Shown one piece after another: positions 36,718 through 46,044 of a DNA stretch of 64,000 bases (position 1 is the stretch's first letter; each line of letters opens with the position of its first letter). Below the pieces are notes generated by a model. The model saw nothing but the letters and a program-made list of their open reading frames with translations. It did not search any database and was not told the DNA's origin. The stretch is taken from IMG/VR virus record IMGVR_UViG_3300032293_001730, positions 29,894 through 93,893 of that record; one strand, given 5' to 3'. Position numbers and translations under genes: made by a program. The stretch comes from a virus.

Positions 36718-37436
36718 ACGCTCTCTTGCTGTTTCTCGTTGCTGCCGGAACGATCGACCCCGGCACACCAGACCAGAAGTACCTGGACTACGGAAGCCAG
36801 TTCAAGTGTGTCGCTAGGATAAGTTGCCTCGACACCGAGACCATGATCCCCGCGTGGGCGTCCTGCGTGATCGTGGGGCCGAGGCACGTCGTGACTGCGG
36901 CGCACGTCGTCGACAAGGCCGAGGCCTGGGTCGTTCACGTCGGCGAAGAGAAGTACCCACTCTCAGAGGTGCTGGTCCACGAGAACTTCCGCAAGACCGG
37001 CATCGGGTGCTGCGACATCGCCGTAGGGCGTGTCATGGGCTCGAAAGAGTTCGACCTCGACTTCTATCCCAAGTTGTACGGAAACGACAACGAGGTCGGG
37101 AAGGTCGTGTCTATCTGCGGACACGGCATCACAGGAACTTTCCTGACCGGATGCGTGCTCGCAGACGGCCGGAAGCGGGCCGGCAGCAACGTCATCGACT
37201 ACATCGACACCAACAACCTGATGGTCTGCTCGGTCGGGAGCGGAGTGAAGACTGAGCTTGAGTACCTGATCTCTCCCGGCGACTCAGGAGGCGGCCTGTT
37301 CATCGGCAATGAGCTTGCCGGCATCAATTCGGTGGTCATGGCAAACGGGCGTTCGCCCATGTCGAAGCTCGGCGAAGAGTCTGGGCACACTAGGATCAGC
37401 AAGCACAGGGAGTGGATTCTTGAGCACACCAAGTAG
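36714..37436 (+). CDS. Trypsin-like (S1) serine protease with signal peptide
   Basis: TAAH, DIAV, GDSGG catalytic triad. Confidence 0.9.
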   Translation: MNALLLFLVAAGTIDPGTPDQKYLDYGSQFKCVARISCLDTETMIPAWASCVIVGPRHVVTAAHVVDKAEAWVVHVGEEKYPLSEVLVHENFRKTGIGCCDIAVGRVMGSKEFDLDFYPKLYGNDNEVGKVVSICGHGITGTFLTGCVLADGRKRAGSNVIDYIDTNNLMVCSVGSGVKTELEYLISPGDSGGGLFIGNELAGINSVVMANGRSPMSKLGEESGHTRISKHREWILEHTK

Positions 37437-37917
37437 CGGACTCCTGTTCGAGGTCGCTCCCGAGGAGCGGGACGGGCAGACAAAGAAGAAGCCGACAAAG
37501 AAGCCCCGGAAGGTCGCAGATGATCAGCACGTCTCGACGGCCTCCGAGTGGGTTCCGGACGACAGGCCGTTCCTGGCCTCGATCGACGGGCACTACGCGT
37601 GCGACCGGTGCGGCATGACTGTGCTCGACCTTGCCGACGTGCGAAAGGTCGACGGCAAGCCGCAGTGGCTCGTACAGTGCGGATGGGGATGCCTGAATCT
37701 CCAGTTTGTCGACCCAGTCCCTGGAATTCTGGAGAAGCTGGACGAGGAGGCCTCTCGCGAGGACGAGTTCCGGATTCGCGACGGCATCTTCGCCGGCAAG
37801 ACGTTCGACGAGATCGAGGCAGCCGGCTACCGCGCCTACATCGAGAATCTCGTGAAGGCATCGAAGCGGACGTTCATCGCCGAAGCAGCCGCGAGATGGC
37901 TCACAAAAAACCGTTGA
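37420..37917 (+). CDS. Hypothetical Zn-ribbon protein
   Basis: CDRCG...CGWGC; G.F.GKTF.E; start uncertain. Confidence 0.55.
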   Translation: MSTPSSGLLFEVAPEERDGQTKKKPTKKPRKVADDQHVSTASEWVPDDRPFLASIDGHYACDRCGMTVLDLADVRKVDGKPQWLVQCGWGCLNLQFVDPVPGILEKLDEEASREDEFRIRDGIFAGKTFDEIEAAGYRAYIENLVKASKRTFIAEAAARWLTKNR

Positions 37918-37941
37918 CAAGATTCATAGTCTGGATACCAT
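37914..37941 (+). promoter_or_regulatory. Promoter containing box B
   Basis: TTGACA-16 bp-TACCAT with TAGTCTGGATAC overlapping the spacer and -10. Confidence 0.55.
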
Positions 37942-37968
37942 AACCGCTCGCCAAGGATCGGCGTTCAG

Positions 37969-38010
37969 CCTGAGGGCTGGCACGACGGACCGCCAGCCCT
38001 CAGGTTTTTT
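37969..38010 (+). terminator. Intrinsic terminator-like hairpin
   Basis: CCTGAGGGCTGGC/GCCAGCCCTCAGG 13-bp stem plus T6. Confidence 0.75.
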
Positions 38011-38011
38011 C

Positions 38012-38494
38012 ATGCCCGAGATTCTCGACAACTGGACGGTCCAGCAAGCCTGGGAGCAGGTTCGAGGCGACGCTCTCCCCCCCAGGCCTGAAGAGATCAA
38101 GCAGGAGTCTCTCTGCGAGATAGACGTCGTCATTGCGTCGTACTTCGGCGACACGAGTCTCGAAGGGCGGCGTAAGGCTGCGGCAGCCGTTGCGTACATC
38201 TGGCCGAGGCTCATGGATGCTCCGCTCCCCAGCGGTCCAGAGACAGGCCAGCAAGAGTACATCTACGAGGAAGTCTCGAAGTCGCTGATCAAATACTGCG
38301 AGGACGACGAGGGCCTGCCTTTCGCCGACATTTGCGGCGCCCTGATGGCGTGGGACCTCTCCCTCATCGAGCCCGATCAGTGGTTCATCATCTGGGACGC
38401 CATGGGCACGTCGGAGTGCCACATGAAAAACCTGCTTTTGTGGGACTTCTACAAGCTGGCAGGATCGTATTCCCGTTTCTCTCGAATGGAGTGA
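38012..38494 (+). CDS. Hypothetical protein
   Basis: Acidic ORF with typical codon usage. Confidence 0.6.
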   Translation: MPEILDNWTVQQAWEQVRGDALPPRPEEIKQESLCEIDVVIASYFGDTSLEGRRKAAAAVAYIWPRLMDAPLPSGPETGQQEYIYEEVSKSLIKYCEDDEGLPFADICGALMAWDLSLIEPDQWFIIWDAMGTSECHMKNLLLWDFYKLAGSYSRFSRME

Positions 38495-38497
38495 TTC

Positions 38498-38965
38498 ATG
38501 CCCGCAGGCCCGCAGCAAATCATCGAAATTCTCCAGTCCTCTCTCTCACTGCACTGGGCGGCCGTCGAGGCCTACACGCTCCAGAGCCGGCACTACGCGA
38601 CCTACGGCTACGCGAAGCTGGCGGCGAAGTACGCCGCCGACGCCGAAGAGGAGCGTGGGCACGCCCAGGCGATCATCGACCGCCTGGAGTTTCACAACGT
38701 CGCAGCCGAGGCCCAGCATGACTCGGCCGAGTGGCCTCGACATGACTTCGTCGGCGCCCTCGAAGCCAACTACCAGTTGGAGTCGTCCGCAGCCGAAATC
38801 GAGCGGGGCGGCTTCTCGATGGCTATCGAGCTTGGTGATGCAGTGGCGGCGGACCTGTTCAAGGGCCTGCTCGCCGACAGCGAGGCCTCGCTCATCCAGA
38901 TCGAGGCCATTCGGCTGATGATCGAGGAGATCGGTCTCGACAACTACCTCGCGAATCAGGCGTGA
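38498..38965 (+). CDS. Bacterioferritin-like (ferritin-fold) protein
   Basis: GYAKLA...EEERGHAQAIIDRL, LE, D.VAADLF..LL.D, C-terminal IGLDNYLANQ. Confidence 0.8.
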   Translation: MPAGPQQIIEILQSSLSLHWAAVEAYTLQSRHYATYGYAKLAAKYAADAEEERGHAQAIIDRLEFHNVAAEAQHDSAEWPRHDFVGALEANYQLESSAAEIERGGFSMAIELGDAVAADLFKGLLADSEASLIQIEAIRLMIEEIGLDNYLANQA

Positions 38966-38969
38966 GCAC

Positions 38970-39233
38970 ATGGTAGCCCGCGACCCCATCGCCGATCTTC
39001 GTGAACTGAACCCCGAGGCCCTCACGGCCGACGGGTTCGACGGTGCGATCATCGGATACAGCGTGAGCACGATCCGGCCGCACATCGTGATCTACGACGT
39101 CGACAAGTGCATCGAGATTCTCGTGGATCGAGAAGGCATGAGTCGCGAGGACGCCGAGGAGTACCTGAGCTTCAATACTCTGTGCGCCTGGGTGGGTGAG
39201 AACACGCCGATGTACGTCAAGGTGACTGCGTAG
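38970..39233 (+). CDS. Conserved-looking aquatic phage hypothetical protein
   Basis: ADGFDGAIIG, YD..KCIEIL, GMS.EDAEEY..FN...AWVGE.TP. Confidence 0.7.
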   Translation: MVARDPIADLRELNPEALTADGFDGAIIGYSVSTIRPHIVIYDVDKCIEILVDREGMSREDAEEYLSFNTLCAWVGENTPMYVKVTA

Positions 39234-39366
39234 AAACACTTAGAAAAAATTGTCGCGTTTTCTTAGCATCAGCCCTCAGGCTGTTTTCCTAACTTCGCGA
39301 CGTAAATCGCCAGCATCGCCCGTTTGCTAGACGTGTAACTTTGGTTGCTTTTTTTCTTCTCGGGCG

Positions 39367-40620
39367 ATGCTGGCGAATCTAAAAAAAATTATGTCGCCGA
39401 CACAATCATTTCTTTCGTTCGCTGAAGATGATGCCTCTGAGCAAAAGGAGGCATACGCAAAGGTCGACTCGGCCGGATATGACGTCAACAAAAGTTGGTG
39501 CAATCCAAAAACTTACAGCGAGATAATTGGCGTCGACTTCGGCGGCGGGAAGATGGCCTGTCACAAGCTGTTTGCGGGCGAGGACATGAAGGGCGTTCCG
39601 ATCGCTAAGGCTCGGTTGACGCTATCGTCGATGCCTGCCGGTTCTCTCGTGATAGCTGAGCGCGCCCACCTAGCAACTCCGCAAACAGACAAGTCTTTGT
39701 CGCAGCCGTTCACGGCAGTCGAACTGCTTGCCCTGTACTCGGCTATGGAGTCGAAGGAAGTTACGCTTCTCTTGTTTCCGCACGCTCACACGAGAAAGGC
39801 TCGCGACTGGGCCGCAGCTAACGACAGGCAGTTGCGCGTCGCAAAAGGCAAGACAACAGACATCAATGACGCGAGGGGGCTTGCGTACTACGTCGCAAAC
39901 AACAACGGAGTTGCTCTCTCAAAGCCCCCGAAAGACTTCATCGGTAGCCTAAAGAGAAATTACGGCTCTCTGGTTAGGGCTCAGTCAAATCTAATCCTGA
40001 ACGCCGCAAGGGTGCATGGATACGAAGGGCAAGTATTTCCGCACGTCTCGGGAGTTGCATCTGAGATCGTCGCAAGGTTGCCGGAAAAAGAATTGTTTGT
40101 TGACCATAAGGTCGCATACTCAATCGCGTCGCTCGTGGTCGGTGTATTTGCTGGAGAGCCATGCAAGTACAGCTACAAAAAGAAAATCATCGGATGGAAG
40201 TCCTGGAAGAACAGCGTCCTTCTTTTTAGCTCCCTTCACCACGACGGCGGCGTAGCAAGGTCGAATCTTTTGTGGCACAGATTTAGACCTGCCTTTGCAA
40301 AGTACGCAAAAAGCAAGGGATTGCCTGTAAAGACTGGCATGAGCTACGACAAGTTTGGCGACTTGAGTCCATCTCAGGAAATGCTGCGTCGCGAGTATTG
40401 GGCGATTGTCCGGAAACAGGTACGAGACGCTTACAGGATCGCTGTCGAGCTTTCATCCGACTTTCGGTCCTATGAAATCCTTGAATCAAACGGGTCGGAG
40501 TCCACGCCCGAGACGGTTCGCAAGCTCTTGGCGTCGATGCCCCCCGAAGAGCGGCTCACTTTTCTCAAGGACGCATACGGCCGCGAGGCGGAGGCAAAGC
40601 AGTGTCAGTCCGTAGCCTAG
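39367..40620 (+). CDS. AT-richer protein with RuvC/IS110-like DEDD motifs
   Basis: IIGVDFGG, VIAE, GKTTDINDARGLA; composition differs from neighbours. Confidence 0.4.
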   Translation: MLANLKKIMSPTQSFLSFAEDDASEQKEAYAKVDSAGYDVNKSWCNPKTYSEIIGVDFGGGKMACHKLFAGEDMKGVPIAKARLTLSSMPAGSLVIAERAHLATPQTDKSLSQPFTAVELLALYSAMESKEVTLLLFPHAHTRKARDWAAANDRQLRVAKGKTTDINDARGLAYYVANNNGVALSKPPKDFIGSLKRNYGSLVRAQSNLILNAARVHGYEGQVFPHVSGVASEIVARLPEKELFVDHKVAYSIASLVVGVFAGEPCKYSYKKKIIGWKSWKNSVLLFSSLHHDGGVARSNLLWHRFRPAFAKYAKSKGLPVKTGMSYDKFGDLSPSQEMLRREYWAIVRKQVRDAYRIAVELSSDFRSYEILESNGSESTPETVRKLLASMPPEERLTFLKDAYGREAEAKQCQSVA

Positions 40621-41351
40621 CCAAAAAACACGTCCACTACACCGAGCGTCTCGACCCTCGCGAGGACCCGTTCAGCACCAATCGAGTCACGGGCCGATCG
40701 CTCAACTTCCCGATCATCGGGACGTGCAACCCCACAAAAATCTGCGCGGTGACCTGCTACTTTGCGAAGGGGCCGTCCACCTGGACGGCGAGCCTCAAGA
40801 AGCAACACCGCCTGATGAACTCGATCAAGGACGATCCGGCCGGCGTCGCCGCTAGGATCGTGAAGTCCGCCCGCAGGAGGAAGCTCACCTTCATCCGTTG
40901 GACAGGGGGCGGCGACCTGTTCGAGGAACTGCTCCCCTGCATCGACGCCGTGGCCGTTGCGATGCCCGACGTCCCGCAGTGGATCGTGAGCCGCATCCCG
41001 AAGCTCGCGGCCAGGATCACGCCCCGCAAGAACGTCTACCTGCACCTGTCGGTCGATCGCTCATCGTGGGATCGGCTCGATGAGTTTCGCTCGATCGTCC
41101 CGGACGGGCTCCAGTGGTTCTGGTCTTACCAGTGCGACAGGGGCGAGACGCCGCCGTCGCCTGACGTGGCTCCAGTGATCTTCCGGGACGGATACGACCC
41201 AATGGGTGGGCAATTGTACGGAAACGATTGCGCATTGAACGCTGCGGAGGACATCACCGGCGTCTGCGAGACATGCAGACGCTGCTTCGACGGAGGGGCC
41301 GTCGAAAGGGCGAAGGAATGCCGTGGATTGTCTATGAGACCAGAAACTTGA
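40602..41351 (+). CDS. Phage GP88-like Cys-rich (radical-SAM-like) protein
   Basis: SLNFP...TCNPTKICAVTCY.AKG, FIRWTGGGD, C..C.RCF. Confidence 0.7.
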   Translation: MSVRSLAKKHVHYTERLDPREDPFSTNRVTGRSLNFPIIGTCNPTKICAVTCYFAKGPSTWTASLKKQHRLMNSIKDDPAGVAARIVKSARRRKLTFIRWTGGGDLFEELLPCIDAVAVAMPDVPQWIVSRIPKLAARITPRKNVYLHLSVDRSSWDRLDEFRSIVPDGLQWFWSYQCDRGETPPSPDVAPVIFRDGYDPMGGQLYGNDCALNAAEDITGVCETCRRCFDGGAVERAKECRGLSMRPET

Positions 41352-41866
41352 TCAGTGGCTCCATCTACGTCGGCGTCAGCAAGGTCGGGAAGTCTCGCGA
41401 AGACTCCTACCTGGGGAGCGGCACGGCTCTGCTTGACGCCGTCGCAAAGTACGGACGCGAGCACTTCGTTCGCACGACGCTCTTCGAGTGTGAGACGGCC
41501 GATGAGGCTTATCTCATCGAGGCTGCCGTCGTCGATGAGGCGTGGGTTAAGCGTCCTGACACCTACAACCTCAAGACCGGCGGCATGGGTGGCATGGGAT
41601 TCTCGTCCCCGATGCCCGAGTCGGCGAAGGAGAAGATTCGCCAGTACAGGCTCGGCAAAAGACACACCGAGGAGACGAAAGCAAAGATCAGCGCCGCCGC
41701 GAGAAACCGCGAGGTGAGCGATGAGACTCGCAAGAAGATTTCGGAGTCAGTGAGCCGGTCCAACTCTACGAGGACGGTGACCCAGGAGACTCGGAATCTC
41801 CTGGCTCAAAAGCAACGCGAGGCCTGGGCGAGGGGTAGGAAGTCACACAAGGGAGATGGCCCTTGA
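41318..41866 (+). CDS. GIY-YIG homing endonuclease with NUMOD3-like repeats
   Basis: IVYETRNLISGSIYVG, YLGSG, KYGREHF, YNL..GG, HTEETKAKIS. Confidence 0.85.
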   Translation: MPWIVYETRNLISGSIYVGVSKVGKSREDSYLGSGTALLDAVAKYGREHFVRTTLFECETADEAYLIEAAVVDEAWVKRPDTYNLKTGGMGGMGFSSPMPESAKEKIRQYRLGKRHTEETKAKISAAARNREVSDETRKKISESVSRSNSTRTVTQETRNLLAQKQREAWARGRKSHKGDGP

Positions 41867-42155
41867 GTCTTCGATAACGAAGTCGATCGTGGCGTCCGCA
41901 AAAGCTCGCGGGTGGTGGACTTTCAAAATCCACGGCGGGCCGATGCAGACCAGCGGAATCCCAGACTTGCTCTGCGTGAAGCATGGCAAGTGCGTGTTCC
42001 TCGAAGTGAAGCAGCCCGGGAAGAAACCGACGGAACTTCAGAAGCATCGGATACACGAGATCAAGTCGATCGGCGGCGGTGTGGCAGAGGTCGTGACGAG
42101 CAGGCAGGAAGCAGAAAGGATTCTCGATGAGACAGATCACCCTTGCGTGGCATGA
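41856..42155 (+). CDS. VRR-NUC domain nuclease
   Basis: GIPDL...FLEVKQPGKKPTELQ. Confidence 0.85.
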   Translation: MALESSITKSIVASAKARGWWTFKIHGGPMQTSGIPDLLCVKHGKCVFLEVKQPGKKPTELQKHRIHEIKSIGGGVAEVVTSRQEAERILDETDHPCVA

Positions 42156-42582
42156 GGCGGCGATGGCCTCGGACGTGGGTCGCATGAGACACCTCGCCAG
42201 CATCAAGGCAGGGCTCCAGGACGCCCACGGCTTCACCGGCGACGGCTGGAGCGAGCACATCGAGGGCGCCTGCGGCGAGATGGCCGTCGCTAAGTCTCTC
42301 GACCGCTACTGGGACGGCAGCGTGAACTCTTTCAAGGCTGACGACCTGCCTGGGCTTCAGATTCGGACGCGAAGCCAGTCTCACTACGACCTGATCATCC
42401 GCAAGTCGGACAGCGACGACTCGATATTCGTACTCGTCACGGGCAGGTGCCCGCACTACGTCGTGCGTGGCTGGATCAGGGCCGGCGACGGGAAGAAGCC
42501 AGAGCACGAGAGAGACTACGCTGGGCGAGTCTCCGCGTGGTTCGTCCCCCAGTCTGCCCTTCGGCCGATGGAGGAACTCTAA
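42127..42582 (+). CDS. Hypothetical phage protein (possible PD-(D/E)XK fold)
   Basis: GACGEMAVAK, DDLPGLQIRT, GWI, WFVPQSAL. Confidence 0.55.
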   Translation: MRQITLAWHEAAMASDVGRMRHLASIKAGLQDAHGFTGDGWSEHIEGACGEMAVAKSLDRYWDGSVNSFKADDLPGLQIRTRSQSHYDLIIRKSDSDDSIFVLVTGRCPHYVVRGWIRAGDGKKPEHERDYAGRVSAWFVPQSALRPMEEL

Positions 42583-42815
42583 TGGGCAGTATCACGTCGA
42601 GGGGAAGCTGGCCCCCAGAACCGTCGCGGAGGCCGATCGTCAGGACAGAAAAGCGTCTCGTGATGCAAAACGGGAAGTGGGTCTCGGAACTCGTGACCGT
42701 GACCGACTACACGATCGATTGGCCGAGCCTGCGGTGCTCGGGCTCAAGCCGTTCGGCCGTCGATGACACTTCGTCGCTTCAGGACTCAGCAATCCGCGCA
42801 ATGGAGGGCGACTGA
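42582..42815 (+). CDS. Hypothetical protein
   Basis: RBS GGAGG; TAATG coupling. Confidence 0.5.
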   Translation: MGSITSRGSWPPEPSRRPIVRTEKRLVMQNGKWVSELVTVTDYTIDWPSLRCSGSSRSAVDDTSSLQDSAIRAMEGD

Positions 42816-42986
42816 TGGTCCGCATGGAATGGAAGGGCTCTGTCGAGCCAGCGAAGGCGGTGAAGGTGAAGCCAGGAAAGCAGCCAGCCGTGAAGGTAAA
42901 GGCAGCCGATCCTGCCGTTGTGAAGATCAACGCCGGTAAGAAAACTGGTTGACGCGTTGTACGGATATGCGTACCCTATGGGCCGC

Positions 42987-43391
42987 ATGGATGCTGTTGT
43001 TCTCACCGTTGGCACGCTGAGCGAGCAGGACGCGAAAGTCATCGTCTCGTCGATGACTCGCCCTGACTCCGATTTTCAGCGAGAGGTCTCCGCTCGCTGC
43101 ACGGCGACTCCGGTCGCGATTGTGCGAGACGGCGGAAGCCGCGTGGCCTCTTGGGCCGCCACTCACATCTGGCATGGCAAGCAAACGCTCGAAGGCTTCA
43201 CGGCCGAGCCGCTCCGCCGGCGGGGGCTCGCGAGGGTTGCAGCGTCGCTGCTCGTGGCGGACGGGCACATCGACACGAACGAGCCTGTGTGCGTCTTTGC
43301 ACCGTACTGCGTCGAAATTGCACGAAGCGTTGGATGCCGTGACGTTCGACTGTTCGAGCGTCGTGGCGAAGAGTGGGTCGAGAACTCGTAG
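42987..43391 (+). CDS. GNAT-like acetyltransferase
   Basis: LEGFTAEPLRRRGLARVAA (motif A); promoter-like TTGACG-17-TACCCT at 42949. Confidence 0.55.
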   Translation: MDAVVLTVGTLSEQDAKVIVSSMTRPDSDFQREVSARCTATPVAIVRDGGSRVASWAATHIWHGKQTLEGFTAEPLRRRGLARVAASLLVADGHIDTNEPVCVFAPYCVEIARSVGCRDVRLFERRGEEWVENS

Positions 43392-43405
43392 CTGGAGAAT
43401 TTCGC

Positions 43406-43804
43406 ATGAACGTCCTGTTCCTGCTTTTTGCGTTGACCGGTGAACCGACGTTGGCCGGTGAGCCGTGCTCGGTTCTGACACCCGGCGAGAGTCAGATCGT
43501 TGAGAAGACGAATCAAGCCCGTGCGACGGCGGGGCTTCCGCCGCTCGTGATCGACTGCCGGCTGATGGGCTCGGCCCGTCGTCACGCCAACCGCATGGCG
43601 AGGGCCATGTCCATGTACCACTCGACAGGCGTGACTGAAAACGTGGCGACTGGTCAGCCGTTCGCTGCGGACGCCGTGGTGGTGTGGCTCAAATCGCCTG
43701 GGCACCGAGCGAACATTCTCGGCCGCAGCTACCGGCGTGTCGGCGTGGCTGGCGTCGTCGGACCCGATGGCAAGACCTACTGGGTGCAGCAGTTCGCACC
43801 GTGA
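43406..43804 (+). CDS. CAP/SCP domain secreted protein
   Basis: TNQARA..GLPPL, H...M.H, ENVA, WLKSPGHRANIL, YWVQQF. Confidence 0.88.
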   Translation: MNVLFLLFALTGEPTLAGEPCSVLTPGESQIVEKTNQARATAGLPPLVIDCRLMGSARRHANRMARAMSMYHSTGVTENVATGQPFAADAVVVWLKSPGHRANILGRSYRRVGVAGVVGPDGKTYWVQQFAP

Positions 43805-43918
43805 CCGTCCCCTCCGGTGGTTCCGTTGCCCTCGGCTACTGGGTAGGTAGCCGGGGGTGACGGGCCATCGGGTTTCTCTGAGGAGTTCTCATGTTCTCTT
43901 GGCTAAGGAGGGTTTTCG

Positions 43919-44236
43919 GTGGGCGACGATCAGTTCAAGGAGTTGTGGGCGTCGAGCACGCCGACAGAGATCGCGAAGCTGTGCAACGTGTCACGAAGCT
44001 CGATCTACCAGCGGGCGAGAACGCTCAAGCTCCCGCCGCGAATGGAGATGGACCTTCCGGACGTCGAGAGACCAACAGACGACGAGATAAAAAAGATGAC
44101 TGCCCAGATCAGGGCAAAGTGGTCCGACGAGGAGGAAAGACTTCGACGCGTCGGCAACCGGCAAAACGGAAGAAGGTGGACGCCCCCCGTAATCGAGATC
44201 GGCGAGATTGAGGCCCCGACCTATTCGAGGATTTAG
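43919..44236 (+). CDS. HTH-like protein, paralog of 46894
   Basis: ELW..S...EIAKLCNVS...LKLPPR; WSDEEERLRRVG. Confidence 0.55.
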   Translation: MGDDQFKELWASSTPTEIAKLCNVSRSSIYQRARTLKLPPRMEMDLPDVERPTDDEIKKMTAQIRAKWSDEEERLRRVGNRQNGRRWTPPVIEIGEIEAPTYSRI

Positions 44237-44237
44237 C

Positions 44238-44819
44238 ATGATCGTCAGTTCAGAGCCGTGGTTGTCGAATGTGCCTCTCCCTGCGACGAGGGCCTTGGCC
44301 GTCGACGTCGGCGCGAACCGTGGCGACTGGTCGCGGGCGTTGTGCAACGAGTTCCAGAAAGTCGTGGCCGTCGAACCCGACGAGCGAGCCTACTCTCAAA
44401 TCGGCGAGATTCCGCGAGTCGAGGTCGCGCCGTATGCCGTCGGAGAGAAGACCGGCGTGGCGACTCTCTTCAAGCGGCCGTCTCCCGACCAGAACTCGCT
44501 CCTTGAGTCTCACCCGATCGGGGCCGCCGGCGGAGCCGAGGCTCCAGTCGTAGGCACTCAAGAGGTGGCCGTCGTATCGATGGACGACCTGCTTCCCGAG
44601 GGCGCGGACTTCGTCAAGATGGACATCGAGGGCGGCGAGGTTGCCTCGCTTCGTGGGTGCCTGAAACTCGACAACTGGGCCAGAACGATCTTCGTCGTCG
44701 AGTGCCACGATACGTTTGCAGAGGTTTCGCGGGAGCTTCAGAGACTCGGCAAGAGTGTCGAGCGGATTCCGCATCCGATGCCGGGCCATCCGGGCCACTG
44801 TTGGGCGGTGGGGACGTGA
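44238..44819 (+). CDS. FkbM-family methyltransferase
   Basis: VDVGANRG, AVEP, FVKMDIEGGE, VECH. Confidence 0.88.
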   Translation: MIVSSEPWLSNVPLPATRALAVDVGANRGDWSRALCNEFQKVVAVEPDERAYSQIGEIPRVEVAPYAVGEKTGVATLFKRPSPDQNSLLESHPIGAAGGAEAPVVGTQEVAVVSMDDLLPEGADFVKMDIEGGEVASLRGCLKLDNWARTIFVVECHDTFAEVSRELQRLGKSVERIPHPMPGHPGHCWAVGT

Positions 44820-45403
44820 AGCGAGCGGTTGTATCAATGGCCTTTGGGCCATATTGGCACCGGATCGCCGACGTGTCGTGGCCTACGCAGGAGCGGTACG
44901 CCGAATCCATTTCGGCAGACTTTGTAGTCGCCCGGCAGATTCCTCCTCACCATAACCACGCGGCGGCGTGGGCGAAGCTCACTATCATCGCCGATGCATT
45001 GTCTGAGTACGACGAGGTGCTCTGGCTCGACGCGGACGTGGTCGCGGTGGGGTTCGGCCGGTCTGCGTTCGATGAGGTGCCTGAAACATCGAGCATTGCT
45101 GCCGTACCGCTCCAGGACAAGCCCGGGTCGGCAACGAAGCACTTCAATACAGGCGTCATGGTTGTGAGGCGACTAGCTCTCTCGACGCTTGTTCAGGCGG
45201 CCCTCCAAGACGACCTTCGCGACCACAAGTGGTGGGAGCAGGCGGCGATCCATCGCGTCTGCGACGACATCTTTCCTCTTGCCGATTCGTGGAACGTCTG
45301 GACTGGGGTCGAGGGCAAAGTCAGCGACCCAATGTTCATGCACGCATGCGGCCTACACGACCCCGGCGAGCAACTCGCGAAAGTCACGGAGTGGGCGAAA
45401 TGA
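44816..45403 (+). CDS. Glycosyltransferase (GT-A, GT34/GT8-like)
   Basis: WAKL, WLDAD, FNTGVM, WEQAAI, WN. Confidence 0.75.
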   Translation: MKRAVVSMAFGPYWHRIADVSWPTQERYAESISADFVVARQIPPHHNHAAAWAKLTIIADALSEYDEVLWLDADVVAVGFGRSAFDEVPETSSIAAVPLQDKPGSATKHFNTGVMVVRRLALSTLVQAALQDDLRDHKWWEQAAIHRVCDDIFPLADSWNVWTGVEGKVSDPMFMHACGLHDPGEQLAKVTEWAK

Positions 45404-46044
45404 TTCTCGCCACCCAGAAGTACACACCCCGCGACCCCGCAAGGCAGAGCGAGTTGGACTCCTGCCTGGAGGCGAACCGGCAGTCTCCTCTGTTCTCGCA
45501 CATTCTTCTCCTGGACGGAGACGCAGAGCGATGGACGCTCGGAGGTCTATTTGACATTTGCCATCTGCGTTTCCCTGGCGAGTTGTGCGTCGTCGCCAAC
45601 AGCGACATCGTGTTTGACGAGTCATGCAGCAAAGCGAGCGAGCTTCTGCCGCCAGGGGGCATTCTGGCTTTGACGCGGTGGGAGAATCAGTGCTCCCCGA
45701 GGATGATCGGCCATCTCCACGAGGATCGCTTCTACAGCGGCTCGCAGGACTCGTGGTTCTTTCGTGCCGGCAGCGTGCCGAAAATCGAAGACGAAATCCC
45801 GATGGGGTACGTCGGCTGCGACAACGTACTGGTGGGGTGGGCGGTCAGGAACGGGGTCCGCATCGCGAACCCGGCCATGTCTCTGAGAACGTTTCACCGT
45901 CACGCAGACGAGAGCCGTCCGGAGCGGCCGACCGTGTTCGGATACTACGGATACCCGGAACTGACCGCTGAGAAGCTGTCTGATTTCATTCTGTGCAGTC
46001 AGGTTGAGCAGGCCTTCTTTCCACACTTATGCAAGTTCAAATAA
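45400..46044 (+). CDS. Glycosyltransferase-like protein
   Basis: R..EL..CL..N, ANSDI.FD, ALTRW, SQDSW.F, GCDN. Confidence 0.6.
   Translation: MILATQKYTPRDPARQSELDSCLEANRQSPLFSHILLLDGDAERWTLGGLFDICHLRFPGELCVVANSDIVFDESCSKASELLPPGGILALTRWENQCSPRMIGHLHEDRFYSGSQDSWFFRAGSVPKIEDEIPMGYVGCDNVLVGWAVRNGVRIANPAMSLRTFHRHADESRPERPTVFGYYGYPELTAEKLSDFILCSQVEQAFFPHLCKFK

Noticed and set aside
43830-43858. Hairpin after the CAP gene as a terminator
   Set aside because: A stem is present (CGGCTAC/GTAGCCG) but there is no T tract, so it is too weak to call.
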